64,000 nt of DNA from Patescibacteria group bacterium (lineage in GTDB: Bacteria > Patescibacteriota > Patescibacteriia > Magasanikbacterales > UBA922), in assembly GCA_018823045.1 (NCBI GenBank), contig JAHJIX010000002.1, forward strand, positions 846 through 64,845, given 5' to 3'. Below the pieces are notes generated by a model that saw only the letters and a list, made by a program, of their open reading frames with translations, made no database searches and was not told the DNA's origin. A program made the translations under genes and the position numbers. Shown one piece after another: positions 52,053 through 60,964 of the stretch. The number at the start of each line of letters is the position of its first letter. Position 1 is the first letter of the stretch.

Positions 52053-52121
52053 AAGCTCATTATTCATTGTGGAACCTCTTCATCATATAAGAGGGTTTGA
52101 CCACGATAACATTTATTTCCT

Positions 52122-52799
52122 ATGGGAAAACGCATGAACGACCTTCGTACACAGGTTGATAAAACAAAAGTGTACTCACTTGAAGAAGCTATTACTTTGG
52201 TAAAAAGTACAAGCAATGTGAAATTTGATGCAACAGTAGAAATACACATGCATCTTGGAATTAATCCAAAAAAGGGTGATCAACAAATCCGTACAACAGT
52301 GGTATTGCCACACGGTACAGGAAAAATAAAAAAAATTGCAGCATTTGTTGGACCAAACGATGAAGCAACGGCAAAAAATGCTGGTGCTGATTTTGTGCTT
52401 GGAGAAGAAGATATCAAAAAAATCAAAGATACTGGTAAAGTTGATTTTGATGTTGCTGTAGCAACACCAGAAATGATGCCTAAATTAGCTCCAGCAGCAA
52501 AAATTCTTGGACCCCGCGGTTTAATGCCTAATCCAAAAACAGATACTGTTGGTACAGATTTAAACAAAATCATTGGTGACTTAAAAAAAGGAAAAGCATC
52601 ATTTAAAAATGATGATACAGCAAACATTCACCAAGCAGTAGGAAAAGTAAGCTTTACTGATGAACAATTGCAAGAAAATATTTTAGCATTTGTTGAAAAA
52701 GTAAAAAAAGCAAAACCGGTTAGTGCTAAAGGAACCTACATGCAGTCAATGTTTCTGACAAGCACAATGGGCCCAAGTATTAAAATATCTATTGTGTAA
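52122..52799 (+). CDS. rplA: 50S ribosomal protein L1
   Basis: 'KFDATVEIHMHLGINPKKGDQQIRTTVVLPHGTGK' canonical uL1. Confidence 0.9.
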   Translation: MGKRMNDLRTQVDKTKVYSLEEAITLVKSTSNVKFDATVEIHMHLGINPKKGDQQIRTTVVLPHGTGKIKKIAAFVGPNDEATAKNAGADFVLGEEDIKKIKDTGKVDFDVAVATPEMMPKLAPAAKILGPRGLMPNPKTDTVGTDLNKIIGDLKKGKASFKNDDTANIHQAVGKVSFTDEQLQENILAFVEKVKKAKPVSAKGTYMQSMFLTSTMGPSIKISIV

Positions 52800-52964
52800 A
52801 TCACAATATAAAACATTCAAAAACAATCAGCAATTATGCTGGTTGTTTTTTGGTTATTCCCACCAATCTATCGCCAAAAAAAGAGCCCCCAATACAACTT
52901 GCCCAACGAGGTCAATTTTGATACACTGCTTAAAGGAGAGTCGTCTATTTATCTAATTTCTCTT

Positions 52965-53453
52965 ATGTCAGAATCACACATCCGCCCAACATGGGATGAA
53001 TACTTTATGAATATTGCACAAATCGTTGGTACACGATCAACTTGTGATCGCGGACGCCTTGGCTGTGTTATTGTAAAAAATAAACAAATACTCGTAACGG
53101 GGTATTCAGGGGCTGCAAGCGGACTCCCCCATTGTGATGACGTAGGACACCAAATGAAAAAAGTCACTCATGAAGATGGACGCGAATCAAATCATTGTGT
53201 ACGAACAGCGCACGCTGAACAAAATGCTATTGTCCAAGCCGCAAAAGTAGGTGTCTCTATTGAAGGTGCAACACTGTATCTTGGCATGACTCCTTGTGCA
53301 ACATGCGCACGTATGATTATTAACGCAGGTATTAAACGAGTTGTGTGTGGTAAACGCTATCATGCAGGAGAAGAAAGCGAAGAAATGTTTCGCAAAACAG
53401 GGATTACTTTAGAATTTCTTAATGAAGGAACTGAACAATATGATAACCAATAA
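52965..53453 (+). CDS. comEB: dCMP deaminase (ComEB/cytidine-deoxycytidylate deaminase family)
   Basis: 'RPTWDEYFMNIA...RSTC', zinc ligands 'HAEQNAI' and 'PCATCARMI'; upstream part of the ORF-track call (52836) is probably non-coding. Confidence 0.8.
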   Translation: MSESHIRPTWDEYFMNIAQIVGTRSTCDRGRLGCVIVKNKQILVTGYSGAASGLPHCDDVGHQMKKVTHEDGRESNHCVRTAHAEQNAIVQAAKVGVSIEGATLYLGMTPCATCARMIINAGIKRVVCGKRYHAGEESEEMFRKTGITLEFLNEGTEQYDNQ

Positions 53454-54009
53454 AAAAATAATTCTTGGATTTACTGGTATGATCGCTTGTGGAAAAGGAA
53501 CAGCGGCAGCATATATGGAAGAAAAATATGGAGCAAGTACCTATCGATTTTCTACCATGCTTCGTGATGTCATGGACCGTTTTCATCTTCCACATACACG
53601 AGAAAATCTCGTTGGAATCTCTGAATACATTCGCAATACCCATGGAGAAGACACCATGGCAAAAACAATGGCAAAAGATGTAGAGCAAGATAAAACACAA
53701 ATTATTATTGTCGAAGGCATCCGTCGCATGGCTGATATTGCCTACCTGACACAACTACCAAATTTTGTCTTAGTTAACATTGAAGCAACTCCTGAACATC
53801 GCTACGAACGCATTATTAAACGAGGAGAAAATAGTGATGACAATAGTAAAACATATGAAGCCTTTTTAGCAGATCATGAGCGCCCGACAGAAATAACGAT
53901 TCCTGAAGTAATGACTCACGCAAAAGAAACAATACATAATGATGGATCACTTAAAGAACTCTACGCACAACTTGATACATTAATACAGACACATGGACAT
54001 CAAAATTAA
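53440..54009 (+). CDS. P-loop nucleotide kinase of uncertain specificity (dNMP-kinase/CoaE-like)
   Basis: Walker A 'ILGFTGMIACGKGTAAAYM' at N-terminus, about 190 aa, lid-like 'RGENSDDNSKTYEAF'; sits between dCMP deaminase and dUTPase. Confidence 0.45.
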   Translation: MITNKKIILGFTGMIACGKGTAAAYMEEKYGASTYRFSTMLRDVMDRFHLPHTRENLVGISEYIRNTHGEDTMAKTMAKDVEQDKTQIIIVEGIRRMADIAYLTQLPNFVLVNIEATPEHRYERIIKRGENSDDNSKTYEAFLADHERPTEITIPEVMTHAKETIHNDGSLKELYAQLDTLIQTHGHQN

Positions 54010-54421
54010 ACGCATGCATGAAGATGCAAAACTCCCCTACTATGCTCACCCAGGCGATGTAGGGCTCGATGTCTTTAGCAGAGAAGAAAACCACACACTA
54101 CAGCCGGGAGAAAGAAAAATATTTTTTGTTGGCTTTGCACTTGAATTTGATCCTGGATTTGCAGCCATCATAAAAGACCGCAGCTCTCTTCCTAACAATT
54201 ACGGCATACACACAATGGGTGGCGTCTATGATGCAGGATACCGTGGAGAATATAATGTGCAACTTATTAATCTGGGAACCGATGCCGTTACTATTGAAAA
54301 AGGACAAAAAATTGCACAGTTAGTCATATTTCCTGTCGCAATAGCTTCTATTCAAGAAGTTGATGAACTAGCAGATAGTCAACGCGGAGAAGGCCGGCTT
54401 GGAAGCACAGGAAAATTTTAA
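53993..54421 (+). CDS. dut: dUTP diphosphatase
   Basis: 'AHPGDVGLDVF', 'GxIDxGYRGE' ('GGVYDAGYRGEYNVQLIN'), C-terminal 'RGEGRLGSTGKF' motif V. Confidence 0.85.
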   Translation: MDIKIKRMHEDAKLPYYAHPGDVGLDVFSREENHTLQPGERKIFFVGFALEFDPGFAAIIKDRSSLPNNYGIHTMGGVYDAGYRGEYNVQLINLGTDAVTIEKGQKIAQLVIFPVAIASIQEVDELADSQRGEGRLGSTGKF

Positions 54422-54446
54422 ACTTAAATCATTTAAGACAACATAT

Positions 54447-55319
54447 ATGAAATCATATCTCGATATTGTAAACTATGTGTTTGAACATGGGACAAAAAAA
54501 GAAGATAGAACAGGAACAGGAACAACTGCAGTGGCAGGAGCAATGTTTAAACATAACATGGCTGACGGATTTCCCCTGTTAACGACAAAAAAAGTTCCCT
54601 ATCGTCTTGTCGCAAGTGAATTAGAATTTTTTATCAAAGGTATTACAGACAAAAAATGGTTAATGGATCGCAACAACCATATTTGGGATGAATGGTGTTC
54701 TACAGAAAAAGTTCCCTATGGTCACGATGCTGAAACAAAGAAAAAAATGATGGAAGAGAGAGATTTAGGTCCAATTTATGGATGGCAATGGCGTCACTTT
54801 GGTGCAGAATACAAAGGCTACGATGTTGACTATACTGGCAAAGGGTTTGACCAACTCAAACGAATGGTAAACCTACTCAAAAAAACACCTTATAGCCGCC
54901 AAAATCTAGTACTTGCATGGAGCCCTATGCATGCTGATATTGTTGTCCCCCCATTTTGTCACTACGGTTTTCAAGTCACCGTTCTTGATGGAAAACTCAA
55001 CCTCATGTGGAACCAACGTTCTGTTGATATTGCACTTGGTCTTCCATTTAATATTGCAAGTTACGCAACCATGCTCCACTTACTTGCAAAAGAAACAGGA
55101 CTAGAAGAAGGAGAACTTGTTGGATTTTTAGGGGATACCCATTTTTATAGCAATCATGAAGAAGGATTAAAAGAACAACTTTCTCGCGACCCAAATAAAT
55201 ATAAACTCCCAACACTTGAAACAGAAAATTTTACATCTATTTTTGACTGGACATACACTGATTCAAAAGTAATCGGTTACGAAAGCTATCCAAGAATTAA
55301 ATTTGATATTGCTATATAG
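54447..55319 (+). CDS. thyA: Thymidylate synthase (ThyA, folate-dependent)
   Basis: 'DRTGTGT', 'LAWSPMHADIVVPPFCHYGFQV' (active-site Cys), 'WNQRSVDIALGLPFNIASYA'. Confidence 0.9.
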   Translation: MKSYLDIVNYVFEHGTKKEDRTGTGTTAVAGAMFKHNMADGFPLLTTKKVPYRLVASELEFFIKGITDKKWLMDRNNHIWDEWCSTEKVPYGHDAETKKKMMEERDLGPIYGWQWRHFGAEYKGYDVDYTGKGFDQLKRMVNLLKKTPYSRQNLVLAWSPMHADIVVPPFCHYGFQVTVLDGKLNLMWNQRSVDIALGLPFNIASYATMLHLLAKETGLEEGELVGFLGDTHFYSNHEEGLKEQLSRDPNKYKLPTLETENFTSIFDWTYTDSKVIGYESYPRIKFDIAI

Positions 55320-55418
55320 TTTTAATGGTTTACCTACATTATGCATCTATTATGTTCACTGCGGAGGATTCTGTCAGTCTTTATAATACAATGAGTAGTC
55401 TACATTGCAAATAACCAC

Positions 55419-55506
55419 GTCATTGCGAGTGTAACGAAGCAATCCCATTGTTTGGTGCATTAAACGATAAGATTGCCGCGCTGTGCTCACGCCAGCTCGC
55501 AATGAC
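55419..55506. repeat. Nested inverted repeats in thyA-folA intergenic region (11-bp outer gtcattgcgag/ctcgcaatgac, 6-bp inner gcaatc/gattgc)
   Basis: Direct inspection of the 280-nt spacer; could form an about 90-nt stem-loop. Confidence 0.4.
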
Positions 55507-55600
55507 ATACCTACTTGTTATATTTGGACAGAATTACCCCGCAATAAGCAAATAAAATATAGAAAGAAAAAATAATTAACACACATAATACCCTTGTTAT

Positions 55601-56074
55601 ATGATAGCACTTATTGCCGCAGTAGCAGATAATCTCTGTATCGGGAAAGACAACAAACTTCCTTGGAATATTCCAGAAGATCTAGAATACTTTAAAAAAA
55701 CAACGCTTGAAAAAACAATCATGATGGGTCAAAATACTTTTGATTCTATTTTAGGATATATTGGGAAACCTTTGCCAAATAGAAAAAATGTTGTGCTCAC
55801 TTTTAATAAAGATTTTGTTCCACCCGAAGGTGTCGAAGTATTTTATTCTATTGATGAGGCACTTGCTGCACATAAAGATGAAGATATTTTCTTTGGTGGT
55901 GGCGCAAGTATTTATAAACAAGCGATTAACATTGCAGATACACTCTACATTACTCATGTTCATCAAACGGTTGATGGTGATACATTTTTCCCAGAAATAG
56001 ATTTGGCTATCTGGAAAGAAACATGGCGAGAAGATCATGATGGTTTTTCTTTTGTGATTTACAAAAAAATATAA
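55601..56074 (+). CDS. folA: Dihydrofolate reductase
   Basis: 'MIALIAAVADNLCIGKDNKLPW', 'GGGASIYKQ' typical DHFR. Confidence 0.85.
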   Translation: MIALIAAVADNLCIGKDNKLPWNIPEDLEYFKKTTLEKTIMMGQNTFDSILGYIGKPLPNRKNVVLTFNKDFVPPEGVEVFYSIDEALAAHKDEDIFFGGGASIYKQAINIADTLYITHVHQTVDGDTFFPEIDLAIWKETWREDHDGFSFVIYKKI

Positions 56075-56083
56075 CAACAGTTT

Positions 56084-56791
56084 ATGTTTATTATTATCGA
56101 TGGCATTGATGGATCAGGTAAAAGTACCGTCCTTGATACCTGGGGAAACACACTTGAATCTTTAGGAAAAAAAGTATTTCATCTAAAAAAATACTGGCAA
56201 GAACATAAAGCGCACCCAACAGCTACAGAATTAATGGACTACGATGTTATCATGTCAGCTGAACCAACGCATGCATGGATTGGAAAAGCCATTAGAGAAG
56301 AGATGATTCAAGATGGAAATGACTACAACATGCACGATATTGCAAGCGCTTACGCACTTGATCGTCTTGTACTCTACAAACGACTTATTCTCCCACTCAG
56401 AAAAGCTGGTAAACTTATTATTCAAGATAGAAGTGTCAGTACTTCTCTTTGTTACCAACCACTTGCAAGTGATAACATAACAATGGAAGAAATCGCCAAG
56501 ATTCCAGGAAATGCTTTTGCCCTTAAGCACCCTCCTGACCATTTCGTCATTGCAAATGTTTCTCCTGAAGAAGCAATGAAACGTCTATCTTTGCGTACAG
56601 AAAAAGAAGATAATGCTATTTTTGAAAAAGAACAATTTCTAAAAAAAGCACAAGCTCGTTTTTTAGATAAAACCTATCAAACATATTTCAAAAAACACGG
56701 AACACACATTCACCTATTGGATTGTAACCAAAAAATTGCTATAATGAAGGAAACAAGTATCACCCTTCTCAATCACCTGTTATTGTTATAA
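56084..56791 (+). CDS. tmk: Thymidylate kinase-like dNMP kinase
   Basis: P-loop 'IIIDGIDGSGKST', 'DRSVSTSLCYQ' (DRY/DRS-like motif), lid region. Confidence 0.8.
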   Translation: MFIIIDGIDGSGKSTVLDTWGNTLESLGKKVFHLKKYWQEHKAHPTATELMDYDVIMSAEPTHAWIGKAIREEMIQDGNDYNMHDIASAYALDRLVLYKRLILPLRKAGKLIIQDRSVSTSLCYQPLASDNITMEEIAKIPGNAFALKHPPDHFVIANVSPEEAMKRLSLRTEKEDNAIFEKEQFLKKAQARFLDKTYQTYFKKHGTHIHLLDCNQKIAIMKETSITLLNHLLLL

Positions 56792-56795
56792 GCCT

Positions 56796-57554
56796 ATGCT
56801 CTTATCACTCAACCATCTCATAACCCGCACACTAGAAATCTTAAAGCAAGAAAAAAAGATATTTTTTATCTATACAATTATTCTTACAGCAATTACTTTT
56901 CTGTCAAAAATAATTTTTCTGCTATTGGCAAATAACACCCCTTCTTTGTTGTTCTTATTAATAGCCGCTATTGCAGCAGTACTTAGCACTTCAGCGGTTA
57001 TCATGCTCATAAAACAAAGTGATGATCTACTCAACAAAACAGCCAAACCAATACAAACGTATACAGCCTATATTTTACCTGTTCTTCTTCCTGTTTTAGT
57101 GATTACATTTCTCATCAACATCGTACGAACATTTGCATTTAACGTCTTTCTTATTCAAGGTATTATTTTTAATACGAGCCTCATTCAACTTGGCGGAGCT
57201 ATTATTTTTATTATTGCAGCAATAATCTTTGGTATTTGGTTTGCTTTTATTCGCCAAGCAATGATTCTTGATAAGCGCTCCATTATTCAATCATTTGTAT
57301 ATAGTAAATCACTCAGCAAAGGCAGATGGCTCCCTGTATTTGGTCGTATTGCACTCATGCTTATCATCGTACTTGTCGCACAAAATATTTTTGAAACCAT
57401 CGTCAATGGCATATATTCTTTCTTCCCATACATTTCTTCAAACATACTATACACATTCCTCTCACTCCCAAAAATATTTGTACAAGCACTTACAGGTGTC
57501 TTTATCGTTATTTATTTCAATATCCTTTATCGCCACCTACAAAAACAACCCTAA
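56796..57554 (+). CDS. Hypothetical polytopic membrane protein
   Basis: 252 aa, about 6 predicted TMs; no motif recognised. Confidence 0.5.
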   Translation: MLLSLNHLITRTLEILKQEKKIFFIYTIILTAITFLSKIIFLLLANNTPSLLFLLIAAIAAVLSTSAVIMLIKQSDDLLNKTAKPIQTYTAYILPVLLPVLVITFLINIVRTFAFNVFLIQGIIFNTSLIQLGGAIIFIIAAIIFGIWFAFIRQAMILDKRSIIQSFVYSKSLSKGRWLPVFGRIALMLIIVLVAQNIFETIVNGIYSFFPYISSNILYTFLSLPKIFVQALTGVFIVIYFNILYRHLQKQP

Positions 57555-57649
57555 CAATATATCACTATTTTTTCGAAAAGACCTCATACAGAGGCCTTTT
57601 CTTTTCTCTATTTCCATGCTACAATCCTAAAAAGAATAACCGAAAATTT

Positions 57650-59200
57650 ATGACTAAATACGTCCCCATTATTGGCATGGAAATCCATGTAGAATTAAAG
57701 ACAAAAAGCAAAATGTTTTGTTCATGCATGAATAATCCTGATGAACCACAGCCAAACACCAACATCTGCCCTATTTGTACCGGGCAACCAGGAACTCTTC
57801 CAGTGCCAAACAAACAAGCCATCGCTTGGACCGTCCTTATTGGAAAGGCTCTTGGTTGTGATATACGAGAAAAGTCCAAATTTGATCGAAAACATTATTT
57901 TTACCCAGATTTACCAAAAGGCTACCAAATTTCTCAATTCGATGAACCAATTGCTGAACATGGTGAACTTGATCTTCATTTTATATTAGAAGAAAATCAT
58001 CGCGAACAAGCACGTATTGGTATTACTCGTGCACATTTAGAAGAAGACACCGCAAAACTGCTTCATGATACGGATGGAAGCACCTTGGTGGATTTTAACC
58101 GTAGTAGCACTCCCCTTGTTGAGATTGTATCTGACCCAGATATTCAAAGTGCAGCTGAAGCAAAACTTTATTGCCAAGAACTTCAACGTATTTTCCGCTA
58201 TCTTGATGTGAGTGATGCAGATATGGAAAAAGGCCACATGCGCTGTGAAGCAAATATTTCAGTTCAGCGTGAAGGCAGTTTTGATATTGTAGACGGGATA
58301 GTAAAAGCACGACCTGGTTTTATATTAAACAACAAAGTAGAACTCAAAAATTTAAACTCATTTAAAGCAATTGAGCGTGGCATTTTATTTGAAATTAAAC
58401 GCCAAAGTGCACTCATTGATAATGAAGAAACATGGGAACAAGAAACACGTGGTTGGGATGAAAAAAAGAATGAAACTGTCCTCCAACGTCGTAAAGAAAA
58501 TGCCGCAGATTACCGCTATTTTCCTGAACCAGATATTCCCCCATTTCACCCAGTTATACTTGCCGAAGATGTGCGTGTAGGTGAATTACCACAAGCAAGA
58601 CGAAAACGATTTCATGAAGAATATGGATTTTCATACGCTGACTCTCTCCTGCTTACAGAAGATACAACTTGGGCGAATTTTGCAGAACGCACCATGACAG
58701 AACTCATCGATTGGCTTCACTCACTCCCAGAGGTAAAAGGAGACAGTGACAATATCCGCGAAGAAAAGAAGCAAAAAATTGCTCGTCTTGCTGGTGGATG
58801 GCTCACGAGTAAACTCATGGGACAATTACATGAACGAAAGCAATTAATAAAAGATATGGCGCTCAGTGCAGAAAACTTTGCAGAGCTCATTGCGCTCGTC
58901 TATACCAATAAAGTCAATTCAACCAACGCACAAAAATTACTGGGAGACATGTTAGATGCAGGAGTCGATATTGATCCAAGTCACATTATGGAAGAAAAAG
59001 GCTATGGACAAGTAAGTGATGCAAGTGCACTTGAAAAAATTATTGATGAAGTGATTATCAACTATCCAAAGCAGGTAGAAGCATTTAAATCAGGCAAAGA
59101 CCCGATTATTAAATTTCTTATCGGTATGGCAATGAAAGCCACCGAAGGAACGGCAAACCCACAAGTACTTGAAAATATACTTCGAAAAAAACTGTCATAA
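57650..59200 (+). CDS. gatB: Asp-tRNA(Asn)/Glu-tRNA(Gln) amidotransferase subunit B
   Basis: 'VIGMEIHVELKTKSKMFC', 'YQISQFDEP', 'DRKHYFYPDLPKGYQISQ' canonical GatB. Confidence 0.9.
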   Translation: MTKYVPIIGMEIHVELKTKSKMFCSCMNNPDEPQPNTNICPICTGQPGTLPVPNKQAIAWTVLIGKALGCDIREKSKFDRKHYFYPDLPKGYQISQFDEPIAEHGELDLHFILEENHREQARIGITRAHLEEDTAKLLHDTDGSTLVDFNRSSTPLVEIVSDPDIQSAAEAKLYCQELQRIFRYLDVSDADMEKGHMRCEANISVQREGSFDIVDGIVKARPGFILNNKVELKNLNSFKAIERGILFEIKRQSALIDNEETWEQETRGWDEKKNETVLQRRKENAADYRYFPEPDIPPFHPVILAEDVRVGELPQARRKRFHEEYGFSYADSLLLTEDTTWANFAERTMTELIDWLHSLPEVKGDSDNIREEKKQKIARLAGGWLTSKLMGQLHERKQLIKDMALSAENFAELIALVYTNKVNSTNAQKLLGDMLDAGVDIDPSHIMEEKGYGQVSDASALEKIIDEVIINYPKQVEAFKSGKDPIIKFLIGMAMKATEGTANPQVLENILRKKLS

Positions 59201-59210
59201 TATACAAATA

Positions 59211-59243
59211 AAAACAGCCCCACCTATTGGAGCTGTTTTTTTG
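59211..59243. terminator. Bidirectional hairpin plus T-run between convergent gatB and 59245..59892
   Basis: acagc(c)cc / gg(a)gctgt imperfect stem, A-run upstream, TTTTTTT downstream. Confidence 0.45.
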
Positions 59244-59244
59244 T

Positions 59245-59892
59245 TTATAAATTGCCCACAAGTTTTGTAAAATCTTTCATATCTTCTCGAGAAATTTTCC
59301 CTGCTTTGAAATCATTATATACTTTTGTCTTTAAATCTCTTTTCTCTGAGTAACTAAATGATGACCCGGTCGTTTTGTGCTGAGCGCGCTCACCAACTAA
59401 ATTTTCAAAGTATGTCTTGTCTTTTCCAGATAAATTACCATATGAACTTCGATACTTCCGTAAATGTCGCCCCAATTGTTTATGAAAACCAGTCACACCA
59501 CTCTTGGTAAATCCAGAACCAGTTTTAACTTCCAATTTATATCGCCCTTCTTTACTTCCAGATTCTTTTGCATGTCTCTGTTGCTGCAAACGCTGCATGT
59601 ATGCATAACGTAAATCATCTCGCTCTTCATCAGACATCTCACCGGTAGCACTATGAAATTTATCGACCCCTTTACGTGAAATAGAAGTCGCTGCCCCTGA
59701 CTGACTATTTCGAAACACAGAAGTTGTTGCCTCTTCTCGCGCTTTTCCCATACGACTAATAGAAGAAATCGGCCCCCCCTCTTTTTCTTTCCCAACATGG
59801 TAAATAGAAGAAGCCGATGTTCTATTGACTCCCCCATTTACTGAAGAAGATGGCTTACTTGGAGTTGAGTTTGAAAATAAATTTAACGCCAT
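59245..59892 (-). CDS. Hypothetical low-complexity (S/G/K-rich) protein
   Basis: 215-aa ORF, predicted disordered; no motif recognised. Confidence 0.4.
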   Translation of the reverse strand: MALNLFSNSTPSKPSSSVNGGVNRTSASSIYHVGKEKEGGPISSISRMGKAREEATTSVFRNSQSGAATSISRKGVDKFHSATGEMSDEERDDLRYAYMQRLQQQRHAKESGSKEGRYKLEVKTGSGFTKSGVTGFHKQLGRHLRKYRSSYGNLSGKDKTYFENLVGERAQHKTTGSSFSYSEKRDLKTKVYNDFKAGKISREDMKDFTKLVGNL

Positions 59893-59956
59893 ATATTTTT
59901 ATATATAAAAAACTGATGATAAGTATACTGTATCATAAATCCTCAGTAAAATATAG

Positions 59957-60910
59957 CTACTTGATTTCTAAAAATGCTTTCATCTTTTGTTCTGCCTCTT
60001 CATATGTTTTACACCAAACCACCCGCTTATCTCGATTAAACCACGTCATTTGTCTTTTTGCATAACGACGAGTATCACGCTTCAATAATTCAACTGACTC
60101 TTCAACTGAACGAGTTCCTTCTAAATATGCTCGAAATTGACGATAGCCAATACCACTCATACTTGGCAAATCCCAACTATATTTTTGTTTGAGTAACCCA
60201 TTAATTTCTTCAAGCAACCCCGCATCAAGCATTTTATCGACGCGTGTATTAATACGACTATGCAATACACTTCTTTCTGCGTCGACACCAATTTGTAAAA
60301 AATCATATAATGGCTCACCTTGTTTTTTTTGCTGTGAAAAAGGCTCCCCCGTTAAAATACACACTTCAAGTGCGCGAATAACACGCCTTTTATTTCTTCC
60401 ATCAATTGTTTTTACAGCAACTGGATCCATTTTTTGTAAAAGCCCAAGTAATTCTTCTTCTGGTTTTTCTTCTAAAGATTTCCGTAATTTATTATTTGGT
60501 TCTACACGTGGAATATTAAAATTATCTACTAAAGAAGAGACATATAGGCCGGTTCCTCCGACAATCATGGGAATACGCCCATGTTTAAACGATAATTTAA
60601 TATATTTCAGCGCTCGATCTCGAAACTCCGCTACAGTAAAACGCTTCCCTGGATCTAAAAAATCAATTAAATGATGAGGCACACCTTCTACATGGTATGT
60701 TCGTCTTAACCCCTTCCAACTTGCACCCCACTCCCAAATACCCTCTGCTTTTGCTGTTCCAATTGACATCTTCTTATACACCTGTCTTGAATCTGCTGAA
60801 ATAATTTCTCCTTTATATTTTTTTGCAAAACGCAAACTCCAGTCTGTTTTTCCAGATGCGGTTGGCCCAACAAGGACAATCACTTTTTGTAAATTTTTTG
60901 TTGTATTCAT
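59957..60910 (-). CDS. miaA: tRNA dimethylallyltransferase
   Basis: P-loop 'VLVGPTASGKTDWSLRFA', 'IISADSRQVYKKMSIGTAK'. Confidence 0.85.
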   Translation of the reverse strand: MNTTKNLQKVIVLVGPTASGKTDWSLRFAKKYKGEIISADSRQVYKKMSIGTAKAEGIWEWGASWKGLRRTYHVEGVPHHLIDFLDPGKRFTVAEFRDRALKYIKLSFKHGRIPMIVGGTGLYVSSLVDNFNIPRVEPNNKLRKSLEEKPEEELLGLLQKMDPVAVKTIDGRNKRRVIRALEVCILTGEPFSQQKKQGEPLYDFLQIGVDAERSVLHSRINTRVDKMLDAGLLEEINGLLKQKYSWDLPSMSGIGYRQFRAYLEGTRSVEESVELLKRDTRRYAKRQMTWFNRDKRVVWCKTYEEAEQKMKAFLEIK

Positions 60911-60964
60911 ATGTATAACCTCCAAGAGTCCATATGTAAATTAAGTATAGCACATTTTTTCGTG

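Noticed and set aside
53489-53683. ORF 53489..53683 (+, 64 aa) and minus-strand 53419..53754
   Set aside because: They are nested out of frame within the P-loop kinase gene and have no independent support.
55320-55600. THF or ZTP riboswitch upstream of folA
   Set aside because: The conserved cores I recall for those riboswitches (THF: AGAGUAG / CGCGUUAAG; ZTP: GGGUCGUGAC...CCGGGCG pseudoknot) are not present by eye. The region is kept only as a generic structured element pending covariance-model search.
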